From Lama glama (lineage: Eukaryota), in assembly GCA_028534125.1 (NCBI GenBank), contig CM052817.1, positions 71,798,001 to 71,862,000 on the forward strand: DNA of 64,000 bases, given 5' to 3'. Below, in pieces: positions 1-11,380 of this stretch. The position numbers and the translations under genes were made by a program. The notes below the pieces were generated by a model, which was not told the DNA's origin, did not search any database, and saw only the letters and a list, made by a program, of their open reading frames with translations. The number at the start of each line of letters is the position of its first letter. Position 1 is the first letter of the stretch.

Positions 1-3000
1 AACACTACATCCAATAACAGTTTAAAACACATTTTTCTCAAATAAATAAGCAATGATTTTCCAGGACTGACCATGTGTTAAGACATAAAACAAGCCTCAG
101 TAATTTTAAAGGAATTGAAATCATTCAAAGTTTGTTCTCCAACTACAGTGTGATTACATTAGAAATCAAAAACAAAAGGAAATTTGGGGAATTCATAAGA
201 AAACAGAAATTAAACAACATATTCCTAAATAACCAATGAATCAAACGAGAAATCACAAGAGAAATTAGAAAACACCTTGAAATGAATGAAAGCAAGAACA
301 CAACACACTAAAACTTATGAGAAGCAGCAAAAGTAGTTCTCAGAGGGAAATCCATAGGTATGAACATGTGTATTAAAAAGAAGAAAGCTGTCAAATCAAG
401 CCTAAGTTTCCACTTTGAGAAACTAGAAAAAGAACTAAATGCAAAGCAACTAGAGGAAAGGAAATAGCAAAGGTTAGAGAAGAAATACATGAAAGAAAGT
501 ATAGAAAAATAATAGAAGAAATCAATAAAACAAAACTTAGTTCTTTCAAGAGAACAACAAAATTAACAAACCTTTAGCTACACTGACCAAGAAAAAAGTG
601 AGCAGACTTAAATAACTAAAATCAGGAATGAACGAGGGGGCATCACTACTACTCTTATAGAGATAAAAAAGAATTAAAGAGAACTCTATGCATAACCGTA
701 TGTCAACAAATTAAATGAGTTAGATAAAATGAACAAATTCCAAGAAAAACACAAGCTATCAAACTGACTCAAGAAGAAACAGACAATCTGAATAGACCTA
801 TAGCAAATAAAAAGGTTGATTTAATAATAAAAGAAAACTTCCCCAAAAGCCAAGCCCAGGAGCAGATGGCTCCTTAGTGAATTCTACCAAACATTTAAAG
901 AAAAATAAGCAACAATCCTTCACAAACTTGCAAAAATAGAAGAGGAGGGAATACTTCTCAATTCATTCTGTGAGGTCATTAGTACTCAAATACCAAAACC
1001 AGGCAAAGATATCACAAGAAAAAAAATCCCCAAAAGTACAGGTCAACCTCCCTTTTGAACATATACACAAAGATCCCCAACAAAATACTAGCAAACCAAA
1101 TCTAGCAACAAAGAAAAATCATTAAACACCATGACCAGGTGCTAAGTGGAATTTATCTAAGAATGCAAGGATGTTTTGATATGTGGAAAATAAATCATTG
1201 TGACATACCATGTTGGCAGTATAAGGACAAAAACCACATGGTCATCCCTACACTGCAGAAGAAGCATTTGACAAAATCCAGCACCTTTTCATGATAAAAC
1301 ATTCAACAAGCTGAGTAAGAGAAGGGAACTTCCTCAACCTGATAAAGGGCACCTAGGAAACACCAGCAGCTAACATCACACGTATAGGTAAAAGACTGAA
1401 TGCCTTCCCCCTGAGATCAGCAACAGGACAAGAATGTTCTCATTTGCAACTTTACTTAACATTGAGGTGCAGCTTCTTGTAATGGTAACTGGGTAAGAAA
1501 AAGAAATAGAAGACAACCAGATTGGAAAAGGGAAAAAGTAAAATGATCTCCATTATCAAATGACATGACGTTGCATATAGAAAATCCTAAAGAATACACA
1601 CACTTGCGCGCACACACACACACACACACACAATTACCACTAAATGAGTTCAGCAAGGTTGTATGATACAAGGTCAATATACAAAAATTAATTGTACTTT
1701 TATATACTAGTAATGAAAAATAAGAAAGTAAAATTAAAAGAAGTCTAAAACTCATAGACCTAAAACTATAAAACATTGTTGGAAAAATTTAAAGATCTAA
1801 ATAGATGGACATCTCCAGTTCATAGACTGGAGGACTTAATATTGTGAAAATGGCAATACTCCTCAAACTGATCTATAGATTCAGCGTGATCCCTTTGAAA
1901 TTTCACCTTGCTTCTTTTGCAGAAATCGACAATCTGATTGTAAAATTCATACTGAAATGAAAGTAACACAGAATAACCAAAAGAATCTTCAAAATGAGAA
2001 CAAAGTTATAGAACTCACACTTCTCAAATTTAAAACTTACTACACAGTGACCGTAATCAATACAATGTTACTGTCATACAGATAGACATACAGATCAATG
2101 GGATAGAACTGAGAGTGCAGAAATAAGTACCTACATATATGGTCATTTGATTTTTGACAAGAAAATTTAATGGAGAAAGTCTTTTCAATAAATGGTGCTA
2201 GGATAAGTGGAGCTCCACAAGCAAAAAAAAAAAGAACCATTTTCTTATGCCATACACAAATTTAACTCAAAAAGCATCACAGATCTAGAAGCTAAAACTT
2301 AAAAACTGCTAGGGAAAAAATATGCAAGTAAGTCTTTGTGATCTTAGATTAAGCAATGATTTCTTAGACATGACACTAAAAGCATAATCAACAAAAGAAA
2401 AAATAAGATAAATTAGACTACGTCAAAATTTAAAACTTTAGTGTTACAAATGATACTATTAATAAAGTGATAAGACAACCCATGATACAGAAGAAAATAT
2501 CTGTAAATCAAATATATGATTAGGGACTGGCATGCAGAATATATAAAGAACTCTGACAACTCAATAATAAAAAGACAAATGACCCCATTAAAAAAAACGG
2601 GCAAATGATTTAAAGACATTCCTCCAAAGATACACAAATACACAATAAGCACGTGAAAAGATGCTCAACATCTTAAGCCATTATGAAATGCAAATTAAAA
2701 CCATGATGAGATACCACTTCACACCCACCAGGATGGTAATAATAAAAAAGACGGACAATAACAACTGTTGGCAAGGATATGAAGAAATGGGAAACTTCAT
2801 ACATTGCTAGTGGGAATTTAAAATGCTGCAGCTGCTTTGGAAAACAGTTTGGCAGTTCTTCAATATATTAGGCATAGAGTTATTGTATGACCCAGCAATT
2901 TTACTCTTAGGTATATATCCAAGAGAAATGAAAATATACACCACACAAAAACTTGTATCCAAATATTGATAGCAGCATTATTCATAATAGTCAAAAATGA

Positions 3001-3170
3001 AATAGACCAATTTATGAATTGATTTTATAATGTGGTATATACCTGTAATGGAATATTACGGAAAAGAAATGAAGTTCTGATATATGATAAAACATAGATG
3101 AATCTTGAAAATCATTAACTGTACACTTTAAATGGGTAAATGTTTTGGTATGTATATCATGTCTCAATAA
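1..3170 (+). mobile_element. Degenerate LINE-1 (old L1MB-like) fragment, ORF2 region through the 3' end
   Basis: A-rich plus strand with L1 ORF2-like motifs (e.g. 'gaatagacctatagcaaat', 'gaagcatttgacaaaatccagcacc', 'atatagaaaatcctaaaga', 'gagataccacttcacacccaccaggatgg', 'tatgacccagcaattttactc'). It ends in an L1M-type tail 'aactgtacactttaaatggg...tctcaataa'. No long ORF remains. Subfamily is from recall. Confidence 0.9.
1596..1631. repeat. (CA)n microsatellite, interrupted, within the L1
   Basis: 'acacacacttgcgcgcacacacacacacacacacac' read directly. Confidence 0.9.
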
Positions 3171-3193
3171 GATTTTTTTTTTAATTGGTTTAC

Positions 3194-3330
3194 TTTTTTT
3201 TTTTTTTTGGCCAGGGGGAAGTAATTAGGTTTATTTATTTATTTATTTTTAGAGAGGGTACTGGGGATTGAACCCAGGACATTGTGAATGCTAAGCGTGT
3301 GCTGTACCACTTGAGCTATATTCTCACCCC
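3194..3330 (-). mobile_element. tRNA-derived SINE, Vic-1-like (camelid type)
   Basis: The minus strand reads ggggtgagaatatagctcaagtgg (A box)...gggttcaatccccag (B box)...aaataaataaataaacctaattacttcccc then poly(A). Similar 'tcaataa..t-tract' sequence on both sides suggests a target-site duplication. Confidence 0.8.
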
Positions 3331-3399
3331 TCAATAATATGTTTTTTTAAAATCACTCAGAAATTGAAAAACGAGAGAGAGAGAGAATACCCCAAAATA

Positions 3400-3770
3400 C
3401 ACAAAATCAAAATAGAGATACAATTTTTCACCTACCAAATCAACCAAAACACAAGAGACTGGTGAAATTCACCACTGGTGAGGGGATGGGGGAATGGCCC
3501 TCTCACCACTGGTGGTAGCTGTGTGGACTGAAATAGTGTTTTGAGTGGGAATTTGGCAACATTTTTTTACAATTTTACATTTGCTTTTCCTTATACCCAG
3601 CAATACAATTTCTAGAGATTTATCCTGTAGATACTATATAAAAACATTCACATGGTGTACAAAGATGAAAGGATTTTCACTGCACAGCTCCTGAAAGTGA
3701 AAAACCTATGCCAGTTACTAAACTTGTCAGATAAATGATGATGTTCCCATACACAGGAGTAAGATACCAG
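3400..3770 (+). mobile_element. Highly degenerate old L1 (L1M) 3' fragment
   Basis: 'gagatacaatttttcacctacc', 'gggaatttggcaaca' and 'cccagcaatacaatttctagagatttatcct' resemble the L1 ORF2 C-terminal region. Confidence 0.6.
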
Positions 3771-6619
3771 CATTCATTCCCTTATGTTCTACCTTCTCTT
3801 GCATTATGGCTGAGCTCCTTCCTACGGCCAACACACTAGGTCTCATCTGTATTCAACTTTGCAAAGCACTGTACGAGAAAATCTACACCCTCTCTCTATT
3901 AGATTCTGTGCATCAGTAGAGACTCATGCTATTATTTCTCAAAAAGTTAAAAAAAAAAACAAACCAAAATCTCTCAACCCTATTTCTCCTTCTAGATCTC
4001 TCCTTCTACTTACCACAAAATTTTTCTAAAGAGTTGTCTATGCTTTTTTAGAGGAGAATTTAACAGAAACTATCAGATTTTAAATGTGTATGCCATCAGA
4101 TCTAGCAATTCCACTATTAGGGCTCCCTTTTAGATAAATCCTTATGCATATACCTGAATAAATCCTTATACACACCTAGAGATATTCACTTATTCATTCA
4201 ACCAATATTATAGAGAATTTATATCCAAGATCTGTGCTAGAAACTGGCACAGTTATTTTTATCAGAGAATAAAAGACAAAAACAAGCAAAACAAAACAAA
4301 GTATTGTCTAGGCTCATCTAAAATTTCTCCCTTGAGCTCATTCTAATTGGGCTTTCAATCTCCACTATTCCACTAAAACTGTGCTTATTGAGGTCAGGAC
4401 TTGCTAAATTCTAGTCAATTCTCAATTAAAACAATTCTACAGAAAGCCAAAATAATAGTGTCCAAGTATACAGCTAATTGACATCTGGCTTAATCTAATG
4501 TTAAATTTTAGGATTTCTAGAGAAATGAAATGGAGTTTATATTCTCCAGATAACCTCTCAAAAACACTATTTTCAACTGAGTTTCGGGGTTTTATCAAAA
4601 TAGTAAGTCTGAGTTCAGATTTTCTCTCTTGCTACTTTAATAGGTTAACTCAGGGAAATGTTGACATATTCTTATGGAAGTTGGGAAGCAGGTGTCTGAA
4701 TAGAAGTCTACTACAAAAGTAGAACCATCGTGCAAAGGTAAGATTTTCCCATAAAAATAATTTTGTATCTACCTAACACATAGGCTGATTATTAAGGTCC
4801 AAAAATTATAGGATGTAGAGCACAGTTCAGTTGTTTTAGCCTGTAAAAGATTTAAAGAAAACATTGCCAAGCTTCCTCCTTAGCCATCTCTCCTTAGTGG
4901 AAAAAATAAAAGAACTCTTGATAAAGTATCATAAGATCTATAACTTTATTTAATACATCTTTGTAATTAACACTTCAAGATATATTTATAATTGGAAGCA
5001 TCTATGTCAACATTGTAACAGTGATTATCCCTGAGTGGTAACTGATTCCTACCCACGGAATTAAAGGTGCAAGTATTAATGAAAACTCAAATAAATGTAT
5101 GCTATTCCTAAAAGATCAATGCACAACATGATAATAAGGAGATTCAATGCTCTGGGTTTTCAGAAAAATCCAAACTTGAATTTTACTAAGAAGGAAGCTA
5201 TAAAAAATTTAAACAAAATCCTTGGTAAGTTAACACATGCATAAGTTGGGGTAAGTAAAGGAATAAAGGGCTGTGCTTTTTTTCTTTTAAATATAAAGTG
5301 ATAGGCTACCCTCCAGATCCAGCTAAGATTAGCTAATGACTATACATAAATTATCCAAGTTTAGCTTAAACTTTTAAATCACATGTGCAGGCATAAATTG
5401 AGAATAAAACAGAGCAACATAAGATTTACAACATTTAGAGCAGTTGGCCTTGATTTATAAAGCTGAGGAGTCCTGGTGGTCAACTGGAATCTTCTAATCT
5501 CACTCAAAAATTCGCGCTTCATGTAACTGTGCCCCAGAATCTATCCTAAATTCTGGTTCTGACTACAATGCTTAGATTTCTTACATGGACACTTTTATTT
5601 TCAAATTTCATTTGGTGTTGGGGAAAGAGGGTCTCTATTTTGAAGCGACAGGAATAAGATTTAAGTACACAAGATCGAATGTGGATGCTCTGATTTCATA
5701 CGACACCTCACAGATACAGCCTTACTTTTAGTATACTGTCTTTTTCAAACCAAATATTGTCAATAACAGGAGATTAAAAATACTAAGTCAAGAGTGTAGC
5801 TATCCACAATGTAACTCAAGAATTAGGGTGATCTTTGGGTTAGTTTAGAGATGGTAGAAGAGAAAGTTTCTTTCTTGCAGTTCTCCGGAATACTGATGCA
5901 GTGCGATGAGTCCCCAGGAAACGTCTCTAGAAAGAATCCCTTTCCTTCCTCCCCAAATGTTAGGAATGAATTCATTTCCAACTTCAAACGTGTCCTTCAG
6001 TGCGGAGTTACCTTCCAATAGAGCAAAAGTGCTGACCCTTCTCTGCCCCTTTACTCATGTCTCCCCTCAAATTTAGGAACAGGCACTGGGCATACTTGGG
6101 TCAATTCATACTACTTTCCTCTTCTAGGAGTCCACCTGTTCAGAGAGTGTATGTTCTGATCTGTTTTCAGAAATAAGGCAAACAGCAATAAAGGCCCCCC
6201 ATGGGGCATGAAGTTGCCCAGGGGGCTGTGGCAGAGTGCTGAGTCCACCAAATTCTCTGGGTTCAGTATTATTACTGCCCACCTAAGCTGTGTCCTCCAA
6301 CCTAGTCTTTATCCATAATAACTATTTATTTGTCTCCCAGTTGGCTGAGAACTCAGCTAGGAGGAAGGAGGCACATAAACTGTTGATAGACTGAAACTCA
6401 ACACCAATATGGAATCCCTCCAGGGCCGCACAAAAAAAAAAAATTTACTCAATCACATCAGGTAACTCACACACTATGTGGAGTTTTTCGATAAAAATAG
6501 GATTGTTCGACTGGTATTGTTTAGAAATATTCCCAATTGTCTACTATTTGCCTCTGAAGATACATCTTCAAATGTATATTAGTAAACAGAAATAAATTAC
6601 TAGTTTTCAACTGATACTT

Positions 6620-7785
6620 TAATAGTAGAAGTTGGCCTCAAACAGTAATTGAAAGAGTTGGCCAAGTCCTAGCTGAATGAGGGGTCAAACTTTATCTTGA
6701 AGAATGAGTAACATGTAGCTAGAGGGACACAACAAAGGTGGAAAAAAGGTTGGCATTTTTAATAAAGTTGATATAATGTAGAAAAGAGGAAGGGACTAGG
6801 ATCACAATGCTGAAAGGCAAATCTGAACTGATGTAATAGGGTCCAGAATTGTGAAGTCTGGTAAGTTAACCTGAGGCCTTTATCCCATGGGCAATTAAGG
6901 AAACTGTTGAGAGTGTAGCTCAACTTGCAGAGGATATGAATTTTAGCATCTGTCGAGCTCCTGCTATGTGCCAATTACTGTGCAAGGTGTTTCATGCACA
7001 ATTATCTCATTTTGTCCTAACAACAGCCTTATGAAGCAGGTATTAACCCCTTTTAAAATGAGGAAATAGGCTTAGTGAGGTTAAAAGTAACTTGTTCAGG
7101 ATCCAGCAGTTATTAGGGGGTGAAGCTGAGATCAGATCTGGTCTGGCTGATGGCATAGCCCATCTGCTTTCTAATTTATGAAACACTAAGTTTAGCGAAA
7201 CAAGGGTACTATTAAGGAATAATTCATACATTTGATAAATAGTTCTTGAATGTTACTTTCATCAGCTAAATTCCATACTTATTCAGATTTCCTTAGTTTT
7301 TGTCTATTGCCTTTTTTTTAAAATTTGTTTCAGGATCCTCTCTAGGATACCATATTGCATTTCATCATTTGATGTCCTTGAGGCTCCTCTTGGATCGAAT
7401 ATAGAATGTGATCCCCAAAATATAATTTATTACAAATCCTAAATCCTAAATAATTTTCTTTCTAATTTGCACATGTTAATGTTTATTTTTTGTGCTATAA
7501 CATTCTATGAGTTTTGACAAATGTAAGAGATACAGATTTTTCATCTATAGATTTTGGAGGCATCTCTCTATCTATGACAGTTAAAGTTGTGCAAGCATGG
7601 AGCCCCACGGGTAGCATGTGGAATGAAAAACAGGAATAAGGAGCACAGAACACTGGGAAAAAGCAACACTGAAGGGGCAGATGAAGGAAGAGAAACCAGA
7701 AAAAGAGGATGAGAAAGAGTGGTCAGAGATGTATGAGAGAAAGAGCTCTAAGGAAGCCAGGGAAGGAGAATGCCAAGAAGGAGGG
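6620..7785. mobile_element. LINE-2-like fragments, interrupted by the inverted-duplication arm at 6921-7530
   Basis: Purine-rich L2-like text at 6620-6920 and 7530-7785 ('gagaaagagtggtcagagatgt', 'aaggaagccagggaagga'). Confidence 0.5.
6921..7393. repeat. Inverted repeat, left arm (pairs with 8457-8925)
   Basis: Reverse complement matched by eye, e.g. 'tgaagctgagatcagatctggtctggctgatggca' vs 'tgccatcagccagaccagatctgatctcagcttca'. Confidence 0.95.
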
Positions 7786-8105
7786 TGCTGAGGGTTTAAC
7801 TGTGTCCGCCGGAAAATTCATATATTGAAATCCTAGCCCCTCATTTCTGAGGATGTGACTTTCTTTGGAGACAGGGTCTTTAGAGAGGTGATCAAGTTAA
7901 AGTGAGATCTTCAGGGTGGGCCCAAATCCAAGGACAGTGCCAAGTGAAGATAGCCACCTAAGCCACTGAGAGAGCCTTGGAACGGATCTTTCCTCCACAG
8001 CCCTCAGAAGCAGACAAACCTGCAGACACCTTGATTTCAGACTTTAGCCTTCAAAACTGCAAGACAACAAATTTCTGTTGTTTAAGCCACCTTGTTTGCC
8101 ATGGA
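7786..8105 (+). mobile_element. MaLR solo LTR (MLT1A/B-like)
   Basis: 'aattcatatattgaaatcctagcccc...gtgactttctttggagacagggtcttt...gaggtgatcaagttaaagtgag' and 'cctgcagacaccttgatttcagacttt...aatttctgttgtttaagccac' are typical MLT1 motifs. Confidence 0.8.
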
Positions 8106-8109
8106 GCAT

Positions 8110-8590
8110 AGCTTCCCCCTTCGTAAGTGTGGGCTGTGCACAATGACTTCCTTCCAAAGAGTACAGCATGGAAAGGGCGAAAAAAAATAAAGCAACTTTA
8201 AAGCAGAGAACCTGACAAACACTACCTCAGCTAGGTGTTCCACGTCAACATCAGTGACAAATCATAATGGTGGTATGATGTGATGAGATGGCACTTCACC
8301 TCTGTGGTCACTCTCCCTTAAATCCATAACCCCAGTCTAATCATGAGAAAAACGTCAGGCAAACTGCAACTGAGGGACATTCTACAAAATAGCTGACCAG
8401 TACTCAAAACTGTCAAAGTCATCGAATACAACAGAAGTCTGAGAAGTTTGTTACAACCAAGAGGAGCCTCAAGGACATATAATGATTAAATGCAATATGG
8501 TATTCTGGATGAGATCCTGAAACTAATAAAAGGCAATAGATAAAAACTAAGGAAATCTGAATAAGTATGGAATTTAGCTGATGAAAATAA
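8110..8590 (+). mobile_element. L1MC-like 3' end fragment
   Basis: 'gacttccttccaaagagtacag', 'aacctgacaaacactacctcag', 'cataaccccagtctaatcatgagaaaa', 'aaaaactaaggaaatctgaataa'. Confidence 0.75.
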
Positions 8591-8925
8591 CATTCAAGAA
8601 CTATTTATCAAATGTATGAATTATTCCTTAATAGTACCCTTGTTTTGCTAAACTTCTTCGCGATTCATAAATTAGAAAGCGGATGAGCTTTGCCATCAGC
8701 CAGACCAGATCTGATCTCAGCTTCACCCCCTAATAGCTGTTGGATCCTGAACAAGTTACTTTTAACCTCACTAAGCCTATTTCCTCATTTTAAAAGGTGT
8801 TAATACCTGCTTCATAAGACTGCTGTTAGGACAAAATGAGATAATTGTACATGAAACACCTTGCACAGTAATTGGCACATAGCAGGAGCTCAACAGATGC
8901 TAAAATTTGTACCCTCTACAAGTTG
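8457..8925. repeat. Inverted repeat, right arm (L1MC tail + short linker + MIR)
   Basis: Reverse complement of 6921-7393. A MIR core 'aagttacttttaacctcactaagcctatttcctcattttaaaa' lies at about 8750-8800. Confidence 0.95.
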
Positions 8926-10659
8926 CAATGAGACCTGGAAGTCAAAGAGGGCAGGTCTTGCACATTATGCAGAAAGCTGAATGTTTACTTTAAGTCTCAT
9001 GTTGCAGATTAATACTTTGCCATCCAGCACTTAAGAGATAGATATCACTTGTCAGAAATTAAAATATTTTGAATACAGTACACCTTTGATGAGGGATAAA
9101 GCCTCTCTCAGCTGTTAGAACTTTTCATAAATCTTCACCTTGTACTCATTCAGCCTTTGCTTATTTGAAGTTTAATTATATCTTGGTTATCTGAAAAGCT
9201 CTTTCTGAATATTCCTTATTTTATTAAAAAAGAAAGCAGGTAAAAGAGAACAACCATTTAATTCACTATAACAGTTAATAAGAAAAGTGATAGACACAAT
9301 GCATTTTTGGTCATGAATTGTGTCTTAATAAAAAGTGAATCTTCTTTCTAACTGCAAAAAAAAGAAATTCACTAACTCAACAGCAACCAAAAGCATCCCA
9401 GGCCTACATACCATGCTGAAATACAAACGTTTAAGCCAAAGGTAAGAGTGCCTCTATCTTCTGTTTGGGTACCAATAACCAAACATCAAACAGAATTGAT
9501 ATGAACCCCAAAATGTATGATAATAATTTTTTTTAAAAGAAAGAACTATTAGTGGGAAAAAGACATCAATATATGAATAGCAAAGCAATGCAATTTCCAA
9601 AGTAATCTCCTGTTCCTTACTGGTTTGGAAAAAAAGCTCTTTTCACGAGATTAGACCTCACGTATCAAGAATTAAGAGCAGCCTCTAGTGGCAGGTTAAG
9701 GATTTTACAGAGTGGCCTTGCAGAAACCAAAATGCCTTCTAGCTCTTTTACTATTTGCTCTGAGCAGAAAGTACATTTCATTCAAGGAACCTGGGTAAGC
9801 TTAGAGTCAAATTGGCTAATCAACTTTAGCAATTATGCACAATTTCATCTGCACCTTGAGAGTTCTTAATAGTTATATTTTATTTGTATTCTTTTCTATA
9901 TGCGTAGTTTTTAAAACCACCTCAAATTCTTTGTAGACAGAGATAGGCTAATAGCTGAATGGGCTATTATCTGAACCATGGCCAGAGATGGGGGTGCAGT
10001 GTTTAATTGCAAGTTATAAAAGGACTGACAAAACCTAAATGAAGACAGATAGGTTTGATGAAATGAAGTCCAACTCTTACTTAGCCTTTCTATCTCCCTA
10101 AATCAAGGGTGACGAAAAGCAGAAATACTCTGAGGAAAAGTAGAAATATCTTCTCTAACTAAGGAACAGTGAACTTTCCTGAATCTCATTTCATCTTTTC
10201 AAAGGGGGCCCTCTTCAAGGACAGTGCAAGAAAAAGGCTGGGAATATACCAAATAAACATATCCTGATTTTATACCACTGTCTTTCTCCTTCCTCTAAAT
10301 TCTAATACATTCATCCAAAATCTTGACTTTTCACTACTTATGAAAATTTATTAAATGAGTGAGTGAGTAAGTAAGTAAGTAAAATGTTCTTCATCAATTA
10401 TTGCCACAAAGACACTGATGTTACCTTTTGATAAAACTCATCGAGTGGTGCTGGGATGTGAGGTCTGCCTATAATGATAGCTCTGCCGCTCTGGTGCAAA
10501 GAACACTCAGCAGAGACAACCAGAGGTAAAGAGAGCTTTACCAACGTCCAGGAGCAGACAGTTTTAAAGTTTCCACAAAGGACAGAGCCAGGGAACTGGG
10601 AAAGTCGCTGAGAGCTGTGACACAAAGTTTGGACTCCGGGTAAGACCTAAGTCACTCTG

Positions 10660-11380
10660 TGGGAGAGGCCCAGCGCCCTTTGACACACCGTCGCCTCCCT
10701 CGACCTGTAATCAGGCCCCACCGTGAGGGAACGCGTGGGGTGGCGAAGGCCGCAAACCTCGCGCGCCTTCCCGGTGTGTGAACGCCCTCCTTGTTCTCAG
10801 GGGCCCAGCCGCCCGCCTTCTCCGCTCCTTCCTCGGCCGGGCCGCGCGGGGGTCGCGACGCGCAAGGAGCGCAGGCAGGTGAGGCCGGCCCCGCGCACGG
10901 CGCCCGCACAGCCGGCCCGGGCCCCGCACCTCGGCCCGCCGGGACCCCCTCCACTGCCCACCGTCCGCCGTCCACCAGCCCGCGCCGCAGGACTGCGGGC
11001 CTCGGGCTCCGGCCCAGGCCTCCTCCAGGTCAGAGCCCCGCTCCACCTCCAAGCAAGGAGCAAGAGGCGCGCGCAGAGAGGCCGGCAGGGCCAGGACGAA
11101 GCTTCGGGCTTGTCAAGTACGTGGCGCGCTTGGTCATGGAGGGAACGAAGGAAGCCGCGGGAAAAGGCAGAGGTGACTGAAACCCTGGGCAGGACCTACC
11201 TAACTGGGCTCGCCGGACCGGGATCCCCGCCTCGTCTGGCAGGTGAGCGACCAAGGGGGCCGCGGGCGCCTCCCTGCGTTGGGGGCGGGGCTTCTGCTCG
11301 TTGGGGTCCCGTGAAGCGGGGAAGGGCTGGACGCGCGGGTTCGCGAGACCTGGGCTCACCTTGCCTGGACTCAGTCACAT
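10660..11380. promoter_or_regulatory. Orphan CpG island
   Basis: Abrupt very GC/CpG-rich block inside AT-rich DNA, with a GC box GGGGCGGGG at 11282-11290. No recognisable protein in the overlapping ORFs. Confidence 0.85.

Noticed and set aside
3255..3330. tRNA-like sequence with A and B boxes
   Set aside because: It is the head of a SINE, with an AT-rich tail and poly(A), not a tRNA gene.
3460..3516. Two copies of near-palindromic CACCACTGGTG forming a small hairpin
   Set aside because: Short and embedded in a degenerate L1 fragment, with no support for function.
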